From Octopus sinensis (Eukaryota), in contig NC_043020.1 in assembly GCF_006345805.1 (NCBI RefSeq), positions 10,478,001 through 10,542,000 of the forward strand: DNA of 64,000 nt, given 5' to 3'. Shown here piece by piece: positions 62,607 through 64,000 of this stretch. The number at the start of each line of letters is the position of its first letter. Position 1 is the first letter of the stretch. The notes beneath the pieces were generated by a model that was not told the DNA's origin, did not search any database, and saw nothing but the letters and a program-made list of their open reading frames with translations. The position numbers and the translations under genes are program-made.

Positions 62607-63500
62607 ATACACAATGTGGGATGAGTAAATTGTTGTCATTTTATATTTTTTATTTTGCGCATGTGCATTTTTTGTTTTTGATTTTGTCAACTACACAGTA
62701 TAGTACGGTGAGTTGGGTCCTGTCTGTGAAAAGATCAGCACTACGATGCAACTCATTTTGCCAGAAATTTCGAAACGACATGCTGTACTGCCTGGCATTT
62801 GCACTGGAAGCTCCAATACAAACATTTCAGTGTTTGGGTGTCAATCTGAGGCAAGTGCAATCTAAGGACATGTATCGAGAGTGATAAAAATCAAACATCC
62901 AGTCAACATCATGGTGTTTTGAGTGATCACTAGTGTTGGCAATGTTATGCTTCCATTCATCTTCCCACATGACCTCAGACTCAACACAGAAGCCTACATC
63001 AAGTACCTGGAAGAGGTAGTGCTACCCTGGATCAAGAGGGTGGCTGCTGGAAGACCCTATGTCTGGCAACAAGATTCTGTACCATGCCACACAAACAGGA
63101 GAACCCAGTGATAGCTGTCAGATAATTTCTGCGATCATATCACCACTAACATCTGGCAAACTAACTCCCCAGACTGTAACCCCCTCGATTATTGTGTGTG
63201 GGGCACAGTTGATCAACAGACCAACAAAACTCCTTGTTACACCAAAGATGAACTGAAGGAAAGGATTATGATAGCATTCACCAACTTAAACAAGGAGATC
63301 TTCTAGAAGAGTTGCAGGAAATCCCAAAGTCATCTGAAGGTCATGGTTTAAGCCAATGGCAATTTCATTGAATAAATTTACTCTTTAGTATTTCAAGATA
63401 TTTTTATGTAATTTTGGAAAATATATCTGTTAAAATGAGATGTCAGTGTTATTTTAATTTCTGCTTAATTTAGACACCAATTTATTCCCCACACCCTGTA
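62607..63500 (+). mobile_element. Internally deleted maT-family (DD37D) Tc1/mariner element
   Basis: WQQD...SPDCNPLD with 37 residues between the Asps (two in-frame stops); imperfect TIRs, 3' end CACCCTG-TA. Confidence 0.88.
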
Positions 63501-63517
63501 TATATATATATATATAT

Positions 63518-64000
63518 CATCTTCATCATCATTTAACATTTATTGTCCTTGCTGGCAAGGATTGGATGGTTTGACTGGGGAGCTGCACCAGGCTCCAGTC
63601 CAATTTGGCAAAGCTTCTATGGCTGAATGCCCTTCCTAATGTCACCCACTTTACAGAGTGTGCTAGATGCTTTTACATGGAACTGCATGGGCACTATTAC
63701 ATGGCACCACATGGATGCTTTACGTGGTACTACATGGATGCTTTTATGTGATACTGCATGGTTGCTTTTATGTAGCACCACCACAAGTGCTTTACATCAC
63801 CAGCAAGATTGGTCTTAACACCTCTGCTGTGGGGTATGTTGTTCTTGAGTACAGCCAGGTGTCAGGTATCTCAGTCCTTTGTCATGTTGCCAGAAAGGGT
63901 CAGCTTCCTGGGGTCATTCTTCAGTACTTCATCTCATGTCTTCCTGGGTCTCTCACTTCCACGTGTTCCATCCACTTTGAGAGATTGGTGCTTCTTTATG
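63518..64000 (-). mobile_element. RTE-clade LINE 3' end / family D tail
   Basis: Minus-strand VDGTRGSERPRKT*DEVLKND..KLTL...MTKD resembles the RTE C-terminus; degenerate family-D tail plus (GAT)n. Confidence 0.65.

Overview
Eukaryotic, AT-rich, repeat-dominated window with one 100-N assembly gap (23252-23351). The SINE families and extreme microsatellite load suggest an octopus/coleoid cephalopod genome (inference from recall; no search run). Almost all ORFs in the supplied track are microsatellite or SINE artefacts. The one host gene I can support is on the + strand: three phase-compatible GT-AG exons (48558-48697, 52992-53161, 56575-56752) encode the N-terminal motor region of a very divergent unconventional myosin, most like Dachs/class XX. 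A possible first exon lies at ~42130-42267, and the gene must continue beyond exon 56752. The rest is mobile DNA: CR1/L2-group and RTE LINE fragments, four SINE families (some in headless tandem arrays), a Helitron cluster with PIF1-helicase fragments, piggyBac, mariner, maT (DD37D) and MULE-like relics, several MITEs, a 5S rRNA-derived copy and many fold-back palindromes. Best leads: the myosin's degenerate P-loop/switch-I; two hammerhead-ribozyme candidates (34750-34800 at the centre of a palindrome, 61618-61652 probably intronic and sense); a 5S-head + LINE-type-tail candidate SINE3; and an 83-nt G-U-rich hairpin next to the gap.
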